Assembly: GCA_039811685.1 (NCBI GenBank)
Contig: JBDHZC010000002.1
Span: forward strand, 384,001-448,000
Source: Armatimonadota bacterium
GTDB lineage: Bacteria > Armatimonadota > UBA5829 > DSUL01
Length of the DNA stretch: 64,000 nt
Direction: 5' to 3'
Every line of letters starts with the position of its first letter. Position 1 is the stretch's first letter. The notes below the pieces were generated by a model. It did no database searches and had not been told where the DNA came from. It saw only the letters and a program-made list of their open reading frames with translations. This document shows positions 48,196 through 58,510 of this stretch, in pieces. The translations under genes were made by a program, and so were the position numbers.

Positions 48196-48251
48196 GACCT
48201 GCTTTCAAAAGAGGCACTTGGACCAGACCGGCGTCGCTCTGGTCCGCGCGG

Positions 48252-49040
48252 TTATCTGGGTGAGCGCCCGAGAAACATCTCTGTGACGTAGAAGCTGCCG
48301 TCCGCGCCTTTGCAGACCCCGATACCAATTGCGTCATAGCGTGGATCGAGGATGTTCGCGCGGTGGCCTTCACTGTTCATCAGAGCGTTGTGGCTGACGC
48401 CGACATTGACTTCAGAGCAGTACGCGATGTTTTCTCCGATCATCGCATAGCGAGGTCTGTAGTTGAGCGCTTTCAGGTAGCGCTTCATCGGCGTACGCAG
48501 GGAGCCCGTGGGGGACTCATGGGCGAAGTAGAACTTGTCGTACATCTCGCGGCTGTGGGCGCGAGCCGCCTCAACCAGAGTGCGGTCCACCTCCAGCGGC
48601 TTGAGTCCAACCAGTGCTCGCTCGCGGTTGGTGAGCTCCACAAACTCTATCTCCTCTTCTACGAGGGCGGCCGGATAGGTAGCCGAAGAGTCCGGGCGCC
48701 CATCGAAGAGGGCTCCGTCCGCAGGTGAGTCGTCCAGCAACCCGGGCGCTCTGAGGACTCTGCTGGTGTAGTCAGCGTAGCTGCGTCGTGACCCGGTGAC
48801 AGCGCCGGACAAATCCGCCACCCGCAACCGCGCCGGTGACATCTGATCTGAAGCGGCAGGCTCCAAAGACTTCTGAGACCCCTCGGGCTTTGAGGCGGAC
48901 TCAACATCGCGCTCAGCTACAAGCGCGGGACTGGTGGCAGGTGACTTCACAGGCGCCATATTCGGCTGGGCAGGCGCAGGCGGTCCCGAAAAGCTCCCCG
49001 ACATCAGCATCATGCACACAGACACAGCGAGGCTGTTCAC
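48252..49040 (-). CDS. CAP/SCP domain secreted protein
   Basis: LTNRER..GL, ARAHSREM, YFAHES, GENIA, LMNSEGHRANIL. Confidence 0.9.
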   Translation of the reverse strand: MNSLAVSVCMMLMSGSFSGPPAPAQPNMAPVKSPATSPALVAERDVESASKPEGSQKSLEPAASDQMSPARLRVADLSGAVTGSRRSYADYTSRVLRAPGLLDDSPADGALFDGRPDSSATYPAALVEEEIEFVELTNRERALVGLKPLEVDRTLVEAARAHSREMYDKFYFAHESPTGSLRTPMKRYLKALNYRPRYAMIGENIAYCSEVNVGVSHNALMNSEGHRANILDPRYDAIGIGVCKGADGSFYVTEMFLGRSPR

Positions 49041-49205
49041 GTCTGATTCTCCTTCTCCCACTCTTACTGGGGCTGCGGCCTCTTCTCATCCCATTTTGGG
49101 CCGCTTGAAACCAAAACTCCGTCAATCTCCGGACACAGCACAGGGCGCCTGGCCGGTTCGACGTATCTGGTGAGGCGTTAGCGATGCCACAACGCTGACC
49201 CACCA

Positions 49206-49214
49206 ATTATAACA
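49206..49214 (-). promoter_or_regulatory. Extended -10 TGtTATAAT for CAP gene
   Basis: Perfect extended -10 in the divergent intergenic region. Confidence 0.55.
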
Positions 49215-49390
49215 TTGCCATGCCGAGCGTGCGTCTTTAGATAAAATTAAACTTGTGGACACTATTTAGAAGGCGCAGCCTGCCGGGACCGGAAGGGAGA
49301 GGAGCGCTCCGTGGCGAAGTGCCCGGTTCGGAAGACGCGCGCACGCGCTACAACTGGCCGCCCCTGCGCGGTTAAGATGAGGTAGAGATT

Positions 49391-50359
49391 TTGCAGTACG
49401 GACAGATACCTGGGATAGACAAACCCTTTTCGCGACTGGTGCAGGGGACGACAATGATCGGCTCCGGTGACATCGACGGGAGCTTTGCGCTTCTCGACGG
49501 TGTTCTGGAGCTGGGCTACACGGTTTTCGACACAGCTCACATATACGGTGGCGGAGACAATGAGCGCACGCTGGGACGATGGATTAGTGACCGCGGAGTG
49601 CGGGACAGGGTTGTTATCTTGGCCAAGGGCGCGCACCTGAATGCGGATCGCCGCCGCGTAACACCCTGGGACATTACCTCCGACCTCTACGACTCACTTG
49701 CGCGCTTCAAGACGGACTACATAGACCTCTACGTTCTGCACAGAGACGACCCGGACTTCCCTGTCGAACCGATTGTGGACATTCTCAACGAGCACGCGAG
49801 GGCCGGGCGCATTCGGGCCTTTGGCGGCTCCAACTGGACGCATGACCGCATCCAGCAGGCAAACAGCTATGCCACAGCAAACGGCCTCATCCCGTTTGCC
49901 GTCAGCAACCCCCAGTTCAGCCTGGCTGTTCAGAAGGAGGAGCCGTGGGACGAGTGCGTAAGCATCACCGGTCCGGAAGGCGCACAGGCCCGCAAATACT
50001 ACCAGGAGTCTCAGATCCCGCTGCTGCTGTGGTCGAGCGTCGCGGGAGGTTTCTTCTCCGGACGCTTCCGGCGCGACAATCTGGATAGTTTCACAGACGG
50101 CAGCGATCAGCTCTGCGTGCGCTGCTATGCAACGGAGGAGAACTTTCAGAGGCTGGACCGAGCTGAGGAGATGGCTGCAGGAAAAGGCGTGACAGCGTAC
50201 CAGATTGCGCTTGCGTGGGTGCTGGCACAGCCGCAAAACACCTTTCCGCTGGTCGGGGCACGCACGGTTGAAGAGGCGCGTCAGAACGCTGAAGCGCTGG
50301 AAATCAAGCTGACACCGCAGGAGAGCGCCTGGCTGAACCTGGAATCCGGCTCACTCTGA
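49391..50359 (+). CDS. Aldo/keto reductase
   Basis: FDTAHIYG, LAKG, DYIDLYVLHRDD, GGSNW, QIALAWVL. Confidence 0.93.
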   Translation: MQYGQIPGIDKPFSRLVQGTTMIGSGDIDGSFALLDGVLELGYTVFDTAHIYGGGDNERTLGRWISDRGVRDRVVILAKGAHLNADRRRVTPWDITSDLYDSLARFKTDYIDLYVLHRDDPDFPVEPIVDILNEHARAGRIRAFGGSNWTHDRIQQANSYATANGLIPFAVSNPQFSLAVQKEEPWDECVSITGPEGAQARKYYQESQIPLLLWSSVAGGFFSGRFRRDNLDSFTDGSDQLCVRCYATEENFQRLDRAEEMAAGKGVTAYQIALAWVLAQPQNTFPLVGARTVEEARQNAEALEIKLTPQESAWLNLESGSL

Positions 50360-50389
50360 TCCGCACAAGTCCAACGGCCGGTGGATGTG

Positions 50390-51601
50390 TCAGGATATGC
50401 TGGCTGGAGCGCTCTGGCGCGCCCGGGGCAGAAGCTTGGCCGCTGCGGCCGCAAAGCTGAGGAGCAGAAGAACCCCGCCGCTCCAGTAGGGCCACGCTAT
50501 GCCTATGCGTCCGTAGGCGAACGCACCCCAGAGGGCCCCGGCAAAGCGCGCCAGACTGCCCAGCCCCTGAGAGATGCCTAAAATGCCGCCCATGTGCTCC
50601 TCCGCCGCCGCCCCGGAGATCAGACTCTGGATGGAAGGGTTGCCAATACCTGACCCGACAGAGACCAGCGCAAGCACCGCCAGCAGCGCGGGAATACCAT
50701 GAGTCTCGGGAATGGCTATCAGCCCGATTCCCACCATCAGAATACCCGCCACCAGCAGCCGCCGTTCCCCAAACATCCGGGTGAGCCGCCCGATAAAGCC
50801 GCCCTGCACAATTACAGCGATGATGCCTACGTAACCCAGGATACGGCCGGTATAGGCTACCACATCTCTCTGGCTGTGAATCTGGAAGTGATCCTGCACA
50901 AACAGTGTGAACGTGCTCTCAAGGTTGGCGAAGGCCAGCGTGTTGACGAAGAAAATCACCAGCAGAAACGCAAGCTCGGGATGGCGCAGAGCTTCAATCA
51001 GACGGCTGAGTGAAAACAGCCCTTCTCCGCCAGGGTGAGCGCCGCGCTGGGGGCGCGTTTCCGGCAGCATCACAAACGCCCAGAAGAAGTTGAGGATGCA
51101 GAGCGCGGCAGCCACGTAAAACGGCAACGCTGTGCTGATTTTCCCGAGCTCTCCGCCGAACCACGGACCGAAGATAAAACCCAGCCCGAAAGCCGCGCCT
51201 ATCATGCCCATACCGCGCGCCCGCTCTTCTCGAGTCGTCACGTCCGCAACCAGCGCCGGCGCCGAGGCCAGCCCACCGGCCGTGAAGATGCCCTGCACAA
51301 CCCGGGCGGCGTACAGGTAGCCCAGGCTCGGAGAGTAGGCCATAGCCAGAAAAGAGAAGCTGCCGCCAATCAGGGACAGAAGAATAATTGGCCGGCGTCC
51401 AACGCGGTCTGATAACCGCCCCCACAGAGGCGCGCACACAAACTGAGCCAGAGAGTAAGCGGCGCTGAGGGCGATGATGGCGGTCTTGTCCGCCGTGAAC
51501 TTCTCCGCCCACACAGGCAGGAGCGGCAGAATCATCCCGAAACCGAGAAGATCGATGAAGACCGTCAGAAATATAATCGAGAGAACAGAGCGATTTTTCA
51601 A
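50390..51601 (-). CDS. MFS transporter, TetA/DHA1-like
   Basis: FLTVFIDLLGFGMILPLLP, GRLSDRVGRRP, GAAFGLGFIFGP; start overlaps the upstream MFS stop. Confidence 0.9.
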   Translation of the reverse strand: MKNRSVLSIIFLTVFIDLLGFGMILPLLPVWAEKFTADKTAIIALSAAYSLAQFVCAPLWGRLSDRVGRRPIILLSLIGGSFSFLAMAYSPSLGYLYAARVVQGIFTAGGLASAPALVADVTTREERARGMGMIGAAFGLGFIFGPWFGGELGKISTALPFYVAAALCILNFFWAFVMLPETRPQRGAHPGGEGLFSLSRLIEALRHPELAFLLVIFFVNTLAFANLESTFTLFVQDHFQIHSQRDVVAYTGRILGYVGIIAVIVQGGFIGRLTRMFGERRLLVAGILMVGIGLIAIPETHGIPALLAVLALVSVGSGIGNPSIQSLISGAAAEEHMGGILGISQGLGSLARFAGALWGAFAYGRIGIAWPYWSGGVLLLLSFAAAAAKLLPRARQSAPASIS

Positions 51602-52920
51602 TGTTGCCACGGCCGGCGCTCCCGAATACGTGTCAGCGCCAGCGTTCCAAGAGTGTAGTAAGAAATGGCCACGATCATCAGAGCCCGGTAACCAAGGCCG
51701 GGACCGGCGCGATTGCCTATCGCGGCTATCTGACCGGCTATCAGGGGCGCGACGATTTGCGGGACCGTGTCCGACAGCCCCCACACCCCAAGGTACTTCG
51801 CGCGCGCCTGCTCCGGCAGAAGATTGCAGCCCAGCGCCCAATCCACAGCAGTGAAAGCGCCAAACCCCGCACCGAAAACCCCAACGGCAGCGTAGGCGAC
51901 AGGCAGTGATTTGGCCAGAACAAAGACCACCGCAGCGGCTAGGCAAGTGCCGTTTGCCACGTACAGCACAGACTTTCTTGAGGTTCTATCGCTGATCTGT
52001 CCAGCCGGAACGATGCCGAGGAGACCCGTCACGGTTGACACCACCATAAAAGCGGCCAGAACGCGCGGCGCAACGCTGCGATCTACCCCCAGAGTATACT
52101 CGATGTAGTACAGAAGAAACGACAGCACCGTGTAAAACCCGAGCATAATCGCAAATCGCGACGCAATCACCCAGCCGAAGGTCGGGTAGGGACGAGGCGA
52201 GAGGTTTATGATGTCGCGCAGACGCTCACCCAGGGCTCTGTCCGATCTGGGCGCGGGCGCCTCGCAGATCAACCAGATATAGGCCACCATAAAAACATTC
52301 AGCATCAGCGCGAACAGGACGGACGCGACAACGAGGCCGGAGGGCGTTCCAAGCAGCAGTCCCGCCACCAGTGGCCCGCCGATGCGCCCCAGAATCTGCC
52401 AGACACCCATGTACGCCGAAGCCCGTCCGTGGTAGGCCAGCGGGATTTTATCCGGCAACAGCGCCTGATACGGCCCCATGGCGAAGTTGAGAGAGAACTG
52501 CAGACTCACGTAAACCGCCAGAAGCGCCGGCATGGTTGTCGCATACGGAAAGGCAAGCAGAGGAACGCTTGCAACCAGCGTGCCGATGACCACGTACGGC
52601 CGGCGCTGGCCCCAGCGAGACCCGAATGTATCGCTGAAAGCGCCGGAAAGAATCTGAGTCAGCGCAGCGACGGCCGCGCCAGTGGCAAGCAGGACGCCAA
52701 GCGCCTGATCTTTGTGAGCTGTGCCCACAATCTGCTCCACACGGTGGGGCAGAATCAGGGCGAGCATCGAGCCCCAGAAGAACGACAGGGCAAACCAGTA
52801 CACCGAGACTCCCAGATAGTCCCGGATTCCTGGCGGAGAAACTACCTCCTGCGAATGCTGAAGCGCGCTCGTTGGAAGCGCCGAACCAGCTAAGGAGTCG
52901 GAAGGTTCAGAGTTTGTCAT
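51598..52920 (-). CDS. MFS transporter
   Basis: SD....RWGQRRPY, GQISDRTSRK, 12-TM pattern. Confidence 0.88.
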   Translation of the reverse strand: MTNSEPSDSLAGSALPTSALQHSQEVVSPPGIRDYLGVSVYWFALSFFWGSMLALILPHRVEQIVGTAHKDQALGVLLATGAAVAALTQILSGAFSDTFGSRWGQRRPYVVIGTLVASVPLLAFPYATTMPALLAVYVSLQFSLNFAMGPYQALLPDKIPLAYHGRASAYMGVWQILGRIGGPLVAGLLLGTPSGLVVASVLFALMLNVFMVAYIWLICEAPAPRSDRALGERLRDIINLSPRPYPTFGWVIASRFAIMLGFYTVLSFLLYYIEYTLGVDRSVAPRVLAAFMVVSTVTGLLGIVPAGQISDRTSRKSVLYVANGTCLAAAVVFVLAKSLPVAYAAVGVFGAGFGAFTAVDWALGCNLLPEQARAKYLGVWGLSDTVPQIVAPLIAGQIAAIGNRAGPGLGYRALMIVAISYYTLGTLALTRIRERRPWQH

Positions 52921-52982
52921 CTGCAGGCTGTCAAGAGCCGTCCCTGATCCAGAGTTCAGTTCGACAGCCGCCGCTCCCTCAG

Positions 52983-53594
52983 CTAGCCCGCCACAGCGTC
53001 AAAAACACCTGCAGCCTTCAACCATGTCGTGCCAAACAGCCGGTTGCCTGATGCTTTGAGATGCACGCCATCGGTGGTGAAGGCTGGCTCTGGCGACACT
53101 GTATGCCAGCGCGCAATAGCCTCCAGAAACGCTCTGTGAATCGGCACTATGACAGCGCCGTGTTCGCGGGCAATCCGCTCTGCGCTATCGCAGTAGTCCG
53201 CCAGCTTGCCATTGTCCTCGTTGTCCAGGTCCTCTCCGATGACCGAGGGTGTGCACAGCATGACTTTCGCCTGGCTACCCGCAGCGATCGCCTTGAAAAG
53301 CTCCTCCATCCCGCGCTGAAAATCCGGCAGAGCGACGCCGTCCGCGCCATGCCACACGTCGTTGATGCCAATGGACACCGATATCCAGTCTGGATTCTCA
53401 CTGAGCACATCGCGCTCAAGCCGCTCCAGCAACTGCACAATCTTGTTGCCGCCAACCCCGCGATTGACGCACGTGAGACGAAGCTCGGGACAAAGCGCCT
53501 GCAACATCTCATCCACAAAGCTCACATAGCCCGGGTCGGCCTCCGTAATGCTGTCTCCGAAAAAAACAATCTTCTGGTCAGTTTGAAAAATCAT
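52983..53594 (-). CDS. SGNH/GDSL hydrolase
   Basis: FGDSIT, NRGVGG, IGINDV, DGVH. Confidence 0.93.
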   Translation of the reverse strand: MIFQTDQKIVFFGDSITEADPGYVSFVDEMLQALCPELRLTCVNRGVGGNKIVQLLERLERDVLSENPDWISVSIGINDVWHGADGVALPDFQRGMEELFKAIAAGSQAKVMLCTPSVIGEDLDNEDNGKLADYCDSAERIAREHGAVIVPIHRAFLEAIARWHTVSPEPAFTTDGVHLKASGNRLFGTTWLKAAGVFDAVAG

Positions 53595-53695
53595 AAAGCT
53601 CCGTCATCCCTAAATAGACGAGGACGCGTCTGGATTAGTCCCGCTTTGCCTGTGCAGACACTCAATGTCCACCGCCTGCGAAAGTGCAGAAAGTC

Positions 53696-56600
53696 TCAGT
53701 CACTGAGCTTTGCGCTGATTACGCTGGAGATGCCTGGCTCCTGCATCGTAATGCCATAGAGCACATCGGCCGCTTCCATAGTCGCGCGGTTGTGCGTGAT
53801 AACAATGAACTGTGACTCCTCCGCGAACTGGCGCACAAGCTGCGCAAAGCGCCCCACATTGGCATCGTCCAGCGGGGCGTCCACCTCGTCCAGCACACAG
53901 AACGGAGATGGCCGCACACGCATCAGCGCAAACAGAAGCGCCTGCGCTGTCAGCGCCTTCTCCCCGCCGCTGAGCAAATCCATATTCTGCAGCTTCTTGC
54001 CCGGAGGCTGCACAAAGACTTCGATACCGGTTTCCAGCAGATTGTCCGGTTGCGTAAGCTCCAGTTGCGCGACACCTCCGCCAAAAAGCAGAGTAAAGAG
54101 CTCCTCAAAGTTGCCCTTCACCTGCTCGAATGTGTTCATGAACAGATCGCGAGTGGAGTCGTCAATCTCCCGGATCGCTTCCAGCAGCGAGTCGCGCGCT
54201 TCCTCCAGATCCGTGCGCTGCGTAGCCAGAAACTCCCAGCGCTCTCGGACGCGCTCAAACTCCGCGATGGCGCCGGTGTTCACCTCACCCATCGCGCGAA
54301 TCTCCTTACGCAGGCGCGCCACCTCGCCAACAGTCCCATGTTTGATGAGCAGAGGCTCCGGCCAGCTCATCGCGTCTGACCTGGTGATCTCGTACTCGTC
54401 CCAAAGACGCTCGAGATTCTGCGCGAGGTCCGCCTCTGAGCGGGTCAGTGAAATCTGCAACTGATGCAGTTCTTCACTCAGTCCGTCCCGCAAATCGCGT
54501 GTATCTTTGAGCTGCATCGCCCGCGCATGGTGTTCCTGCTGGGCGGACTGCGAAGCCGCCTGAGCCTCGGCCAACAACTCCTCAGCGCGCTTGAACGCCG
54601 CCAGAGCCGCCTCAGCGTCTATCGCCAGGTCCTGAAGAGACTCATCGGAAAGGCTTCCGGCGGACTCAACATCCGAAAGCTCGCGCCGCCGCGCTTCAAG
54701 TGAATGTGTCGCGCGCTGAATCTCTTCCTGAGTCTGACTCTGCGCACGCGAGACAGAGTTCTCCCGCTCAATCAGCGCTGAAAGTCTGCTGGATAGCTCC
54801 GAGACTTCCTCAGCGCGCCGGTGCCTTTCAGACTGCATCTCACCGAGCTCCTTGCGCTGATGCTCCAGCATCTCATCCAGGCTGCTGCCTTCCGATCCCG
54901 TGTTGTCCAGCAAAGCCTGCAGGGCCGCGCTCTCAGCCTGGATAGTCGCGGACTGCGCGCGGGTGGACTCGAGGCGCGACAACGTTTCGCGCTCCGCGTC
55001 ATCCATCTCGCGAAGAGACGCCCTCGCGCTGTCTCTCTCCCCGGCCGCCTGCGCCAGACACACCTTCGCCTGTTCACCCTCAGCCTGGACTTCTGAGAGC
55101 TTTCCCGCAAGCTCTTCCAGCTCGACCTTGATCTGCTGAACAGCCGCCTGTGCCAGCTCCTGTTCATCTGTCAGGCGCTCAAGCTCGCGGCCCAACTCGG
55201 CAATCTCCCGCTTGCGCTCGATGAGACCCGCGCCTTTTTTCACGCGGCTGCCCCCTGTGACGGCGCCGCTTGGCACCAGCAGTTCCCCTTCAAGGGTGAC
55301 GATTTTCCCCCACCCGCGAAGCTTTCGGGCTGCCTCGCCAGCAAACTGAACGTTCTCCGCCACCAGCACACGCCCCAGCAGAAGCCGGGCGACCGGATCG
55401 TAGCGCCGGTCAAACTCAACCAGTTCATACGCGGAGCCTCTGAGTCCGTTCACTCCGCGCCAGCGCTCACGCGTCCAGACATCCCGGTCTTCCAGACGGT
55501 CCATAGGGAGAAACGTCGCCCGTCCCAGATTCCGGCTCTTCAGAAACTCAATAGCCCGGCGAGCGTCTTCAAAGGTTGAGCAGGCGATATCCTGAACCTG
55601 ACTGCCGAGCGCGGCTTCCAGCGCGTGATCCAGATCTGCTGGAATACGCAGAATATCAGCCACAGCAGCGTAGTCCGCCGGCAGGTCTCCCTTACGCGCC
55701 GCCGACAATACCGAGCGTACACCGGCAAAATACCCCTCGCGGGCCTCTTCCAGTTCTTTGAGCATTTTCAGGCGGCTGCCACAGTCAATGCTGAGACGCG
55801 AGGCCTCCTCTCTCAGGGCCTGCGCGGACTCAAGATTCTCCCGCGCGTCTTCGTGGCGAGAGCGCAACTCCTGGAGCAGCGCAGAGAGGGCTTCGACGTT
55901 TTGAGTCTGCGCGGCTACAACGCTCTCCGCGCGCTCCACATCCTGAATGCGTGTGTCGCGCCGCTCGGCAAGACTCTGCAAACGCTCCTGAGCGACGGCT
56001 TCGGCGGCTTCCAGCTCCTGTCTGCGCCGGAGATTGCTCTCCAGTCGGCTCCTCTGAGCAGCCTTGTCTTCCGCCAGACCGCGAGCGCTTGCTTCCTGCT
56101 CGGCCAGAGACTCCTCCCGCTGCCGGATCTGCTGCGTGAACTGATGAAGGCCTGCCTTCAGACGCGCGACTTCCTCTTCCAGACCTGACCTGGTCTGCGC
56201 CGTATCGCTATGCTCTTCAGCGCGCGCGTCCAGTTGCTGTGAAAGCTCCGCAAGGCGCATCTCGAGCCGGATGATGTCCTCACTGGCCCGTTTCCGCGCC
56301 TCCTCGGCAGACTGGCGATGCGCCTGAGCTATGGCCAGATCGCTGCGAAGCCGCTCCGCCGCGCTCTGCGCATGCGAAAACTCCCTATGCGTGGTTTCAA
56401 GGGTGCTCTGGGCTTCACGGGCCGCCTGCCCCGCATCAGCTTCGGCCTGAGTCTGGGAGGCAAAGACGCCTTCCAACTCCGCCACCTGCGCGGTGATGGA
56501 TTCCTCAGTGAGTTTGTAATCGCTAATATCGGAGTCCAGCTTCTGCACGCGCGACACCAGCAGCCCCACTTCAATTTCACGCAGACGCTCCGTAAGCTCC

Positions 56601-57247
56601 CGGTAACGGATGGCTGTCTCCGCCTGCTCCGCCAGCGGCTCCATCTGCGTCTGCAACTCCTGCATGATGTCGTCCACACGGGAAAGATTCTCGCGCGTGT
56701 GCTCCAGCTTCCGGTACGTCTCGTGACGCCGGACGCGATATTTCTTCACACCGGCGGCTTCTTCCAGCAGTTCTCGGCGGTCCTCAGCTTTGCCAGTCAG
56801 CAGACGGTCAATCTCTCCCTGGCTGACCATGGAGTAAGCGCCCCTCCCTGCGCCGGAATCCAGAAAGAGCTCAAAGATGTCTTTCAGGCGGCAGGGGACT
56901 TTGTTGATGAAGTACTCGCTGTCTCCGGAGCGGTAGGCGCGGCGCGTAACGGTGATCTCTTCGAAGCCCACCGGCAGGCTGCCGCTTGAGTTGTCGAGTG
57001 TGAGGGAGACTTCCGCCAACCCCACCGCCTTGCGCTTCGCGCTGCCGTTGAAGATGACGTCCTCTGTCTTGTTGGCGCGCAGATGCCGCACATTGGACTC
57101 GCCCATCACCCAGGCGATGGCGTCCGAGATGTTGCTCTTGCCAGAGCCATTCGGGCCGACAACCGCTGTGATCCCGGGGGTAAAAACGACTTCCGTGTTG
57201 TCCGCGAAGGTTTTGAACCCTCGGATCTCCAGCTTTTTTAAGCGCAA
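53696..57247 (-). CDS. smc: Chromosome segregation protein SMC
   Basis: GPNGSGKSN, hinge GRATFLP/GAVTGG, LSGGE, LDEVDAPLD. Confidence 0.98.
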   Translation of the reverse strand: MRLKKLEIRGFKTFADNTEVVFTPGITAVVGPNGSGKSNISDAIAWVMGESNVRHLRANKTEDVIFNGSAKRKAVGLAEVSLTLDNSSGSLPVGFEEITVTRRAYRSGDSEYFINKVPCRLKDIFELFLDSGAGRGAYSMVSQGEIDRLLTGKAEDRRELLEEAAGVKKYRVRRHETYRKLEHTRENLSRVDDIMQELQTQMEPLAEQAETAIRYRELTERLREIEVGLLVSRVQKLDSDISDYKLTEESITAQVAELEGVFASQTQAEADAGQAAREAQSTLETTHREFSHAQSAAERLRSDLAIAQAHRQSAEEARKRASEDIIRLEMRLAELSQQLDARAEEHSDTAQTRSGLEEEVARLKAGLHQFTQQIRQREESLAEQEASARGLAEDKAAQRSRLESNLRRRQELEAAEAVAQERLQSLAERRDTRIQDVERAESVVAAQTQNVEALSALLQELRSRHEDARENLESAQALREEASRLSIDCGSRLKMLKELEEAREGYFAGVRSVLSAARKGDLPADYAAVADILRIPADLDHALEAALGSQVQDIACSTFEDARRAIEFLKSRNLGRATFLPMDRLEDRDVWTRERWRGVNGLRGSAYELVEFDRRYDPVARLLLGRVLVAENVQFAGEAARKLRGWGKIVTLEGELLVPSGAVTGGSRVKKGAGLIERKREIAELGRELERLTDEQELAQAAVQQIKVELEELAGKLSEVQAEGEQAKVCLAQAAGERDSARASLREMDDAERETLSRLESTRAQSATIQAESAALQALLDNTGSEGSSLDEMLEHQRKELGEMQSERHRRAEEVSELSSRLSALIERENSVSRAQSQTQEEIQRATHSLEARRRELSDVESAGSLSDESLQDLAIDAEAALAAFKRAEELLAEAQAASQSAQQEHHARAMQLKDTRDLRDGLSEELHQLQISLTRSEADLAQNLERLWDEYEITRSDAMSWPEPLLIKHGTVGEVARLRKEIRAMGEVNTGAIAEFERVRERWEFLATQRTDLEEARDSLLEAIREIDDSTRDLFMNTFEQVKGNFEELFTLLFGGGVAQLELTQPDNLLETGIEVFVQPPGKKLQNMDLLSGGEKALTAQALLFALMRVRPSPFCVLDEVDAPLDDANVGRFAQLVRQFAEESQFIVITHNRATMEAADVLYGITMQEPGISSVISAKLSD

Positions 57248-57309
57248 ATGAGCCTCCCTGCCAACGATGCGAAAGCGCCAGGTCTCACAGACGCGACGCT
57301 CTGAGAGCT

Positions 57310-57318
57310 ATTGTAACA
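57310..57318 (-). promoter_or_regulatory. Extended -10 TGtTACAAT for smc
   Basis: ~63 nt upstream of the start codon. Confidence 0.55.
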
Positions 57319-57372
57319 CGCAGAGGCAGATGCGGAAAAGGCGGCCATGCGGCGCGCCGGGATGACAAACTC

Positions 57373-58392
57373 CTACCAGCCTTCTACGGGAATCCCGAGC
57401 TTCTTCAGCTCTGCGCGGTATTTCTCAACGTCCTGCGGGCGGACAATGTCCACGCCAGTATCTATGATCCCGTTGCGAGCGCCCATCCCCTTCAGCGCCT
57501 CGTCTTTTCCGTCGCGGATAATCGCGCTGATCACCTCAACACCCTTGAGTCCCATCAGATACGGGCGCTGACCGATGACCACGTCAAGCTTCTTCTGCTT
57601 AAGCATATTCATGTGCTCTTTCAGATTGTCGAAGCAGACTATCTTGACTTTTCCGGTCCTGCCTGCGGACTCTGTCGCGATAGCGCAGGATGGACCGTTG
57701 AGAGCATACACGCCAAAGAACGCGGCCAGATCGGGCGTCGCCGCGAGTTTGGCTTTGGCTTTCTGGATAGCAACAGCGCGATCTTCATTGTCCACCAGAA
57801 CCTCCGGTAGAACAGTGATGCCCGGATACTTCGCCGCCATGACCTCCTTGAAGCCCTTGATGCGCTCCAGAGAGTTGGAAGCCGTGACGGAGCCTGTCGC
57901 AATGCAGACCTTGCCCTTTCCGCCCAGCTCCTTAGCCATCTCCTCAGCCGCAGTCTTGCCGGCCAGATAGTTGTCCGTACCCACGTAAGCGGCTCTGCCG
58001 CTGTCTGGGGCATCTGTGTCCATCGCCACGCACGTTATCTTGCGGGCGATAGCGTCCTTTATGGCCGGCCCGACAGTTTCAGGGTCGGAGGCGGCAAAAA
58101 GAATCCCGTTTTTGCCGAGCGCCACCCAGCTCTTGATCTTCTCCGCCTGCTTCTGCGCATCTTCCTTGGACGGAACGTAGAACTCCACGTCAACACCGGC
58201 CTTCCCCGCAGCCGCCTTCATCCCCATCTCAACCTGATCCCAGAAAGGGTGGACGGATTTACCCAGACCGGCGATCTGAAGCCTGCCGGAGCCAGACGGC
58301 CCTCCGGCCGCATTGTCGCCGGGACCCTTGGCGCAACCAGTGGTCAAGACACAGGCAAGGCTGAGCGCAAGCGCGAATCTGAAAAGTTTCAT
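57373..58392 (-). CDS. Sugar ABC transporter substrate-binding lipoprotein (RbsB-like)
   Basis: Lipobox LTTGC; HPFW, YVGTDNY.AG, ERIKGF, GQRPYLMG. Confidence 0.92.
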   Translation of the reverse strand: MKLFRFALALSLACVLTTGCAKGPGDNAAGGPSGSGRLQIAGLGKSVHPFWDQVEMGMKAAAGKAGVDVEFYVPSKEDAQKQAEKIKSWVALGKNGILFAASDPETVGPAIKDAIARKITCVAMDTDAPDSGRAAYVGTDNYLAGKTAAEEMAKELGGKGKVCIATGSVTASNSLERIKGFKEVMAAKYPGITVLPEVLVDNEDRAVAIQKAKAKLAATPDLAAFFGVYALNGPSCAIATESAGRTGKVKIVCFDNLKEHMNMLKQKKLDVVIGQRPYLMGLKGVEVISAIIRDGKDEALKGMGARNGIIDTGVDIVRPQDVEKYRAELKKLGIPVEGW

Positions 58393-58510
58393 GTGTGGAG
58401 TATCCCTCAGCGCAAAAGCGCACGTCGTGATGAGAAAAAGCTGTGTTGGAAATTCTCGATGGAGCCAGATGTTTCCTCTGTCCGGCTCGCTTGAGAAGAA
58501 AGGGGCCAAA

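Noticed and set aside
49278..49310. SRP RNA-like GGAA loop (CCGGGACCGGAAGGGAGAGG)
   Set aside because: Lacks the CAGG/AGCA internal-loop signature and the long closing helix
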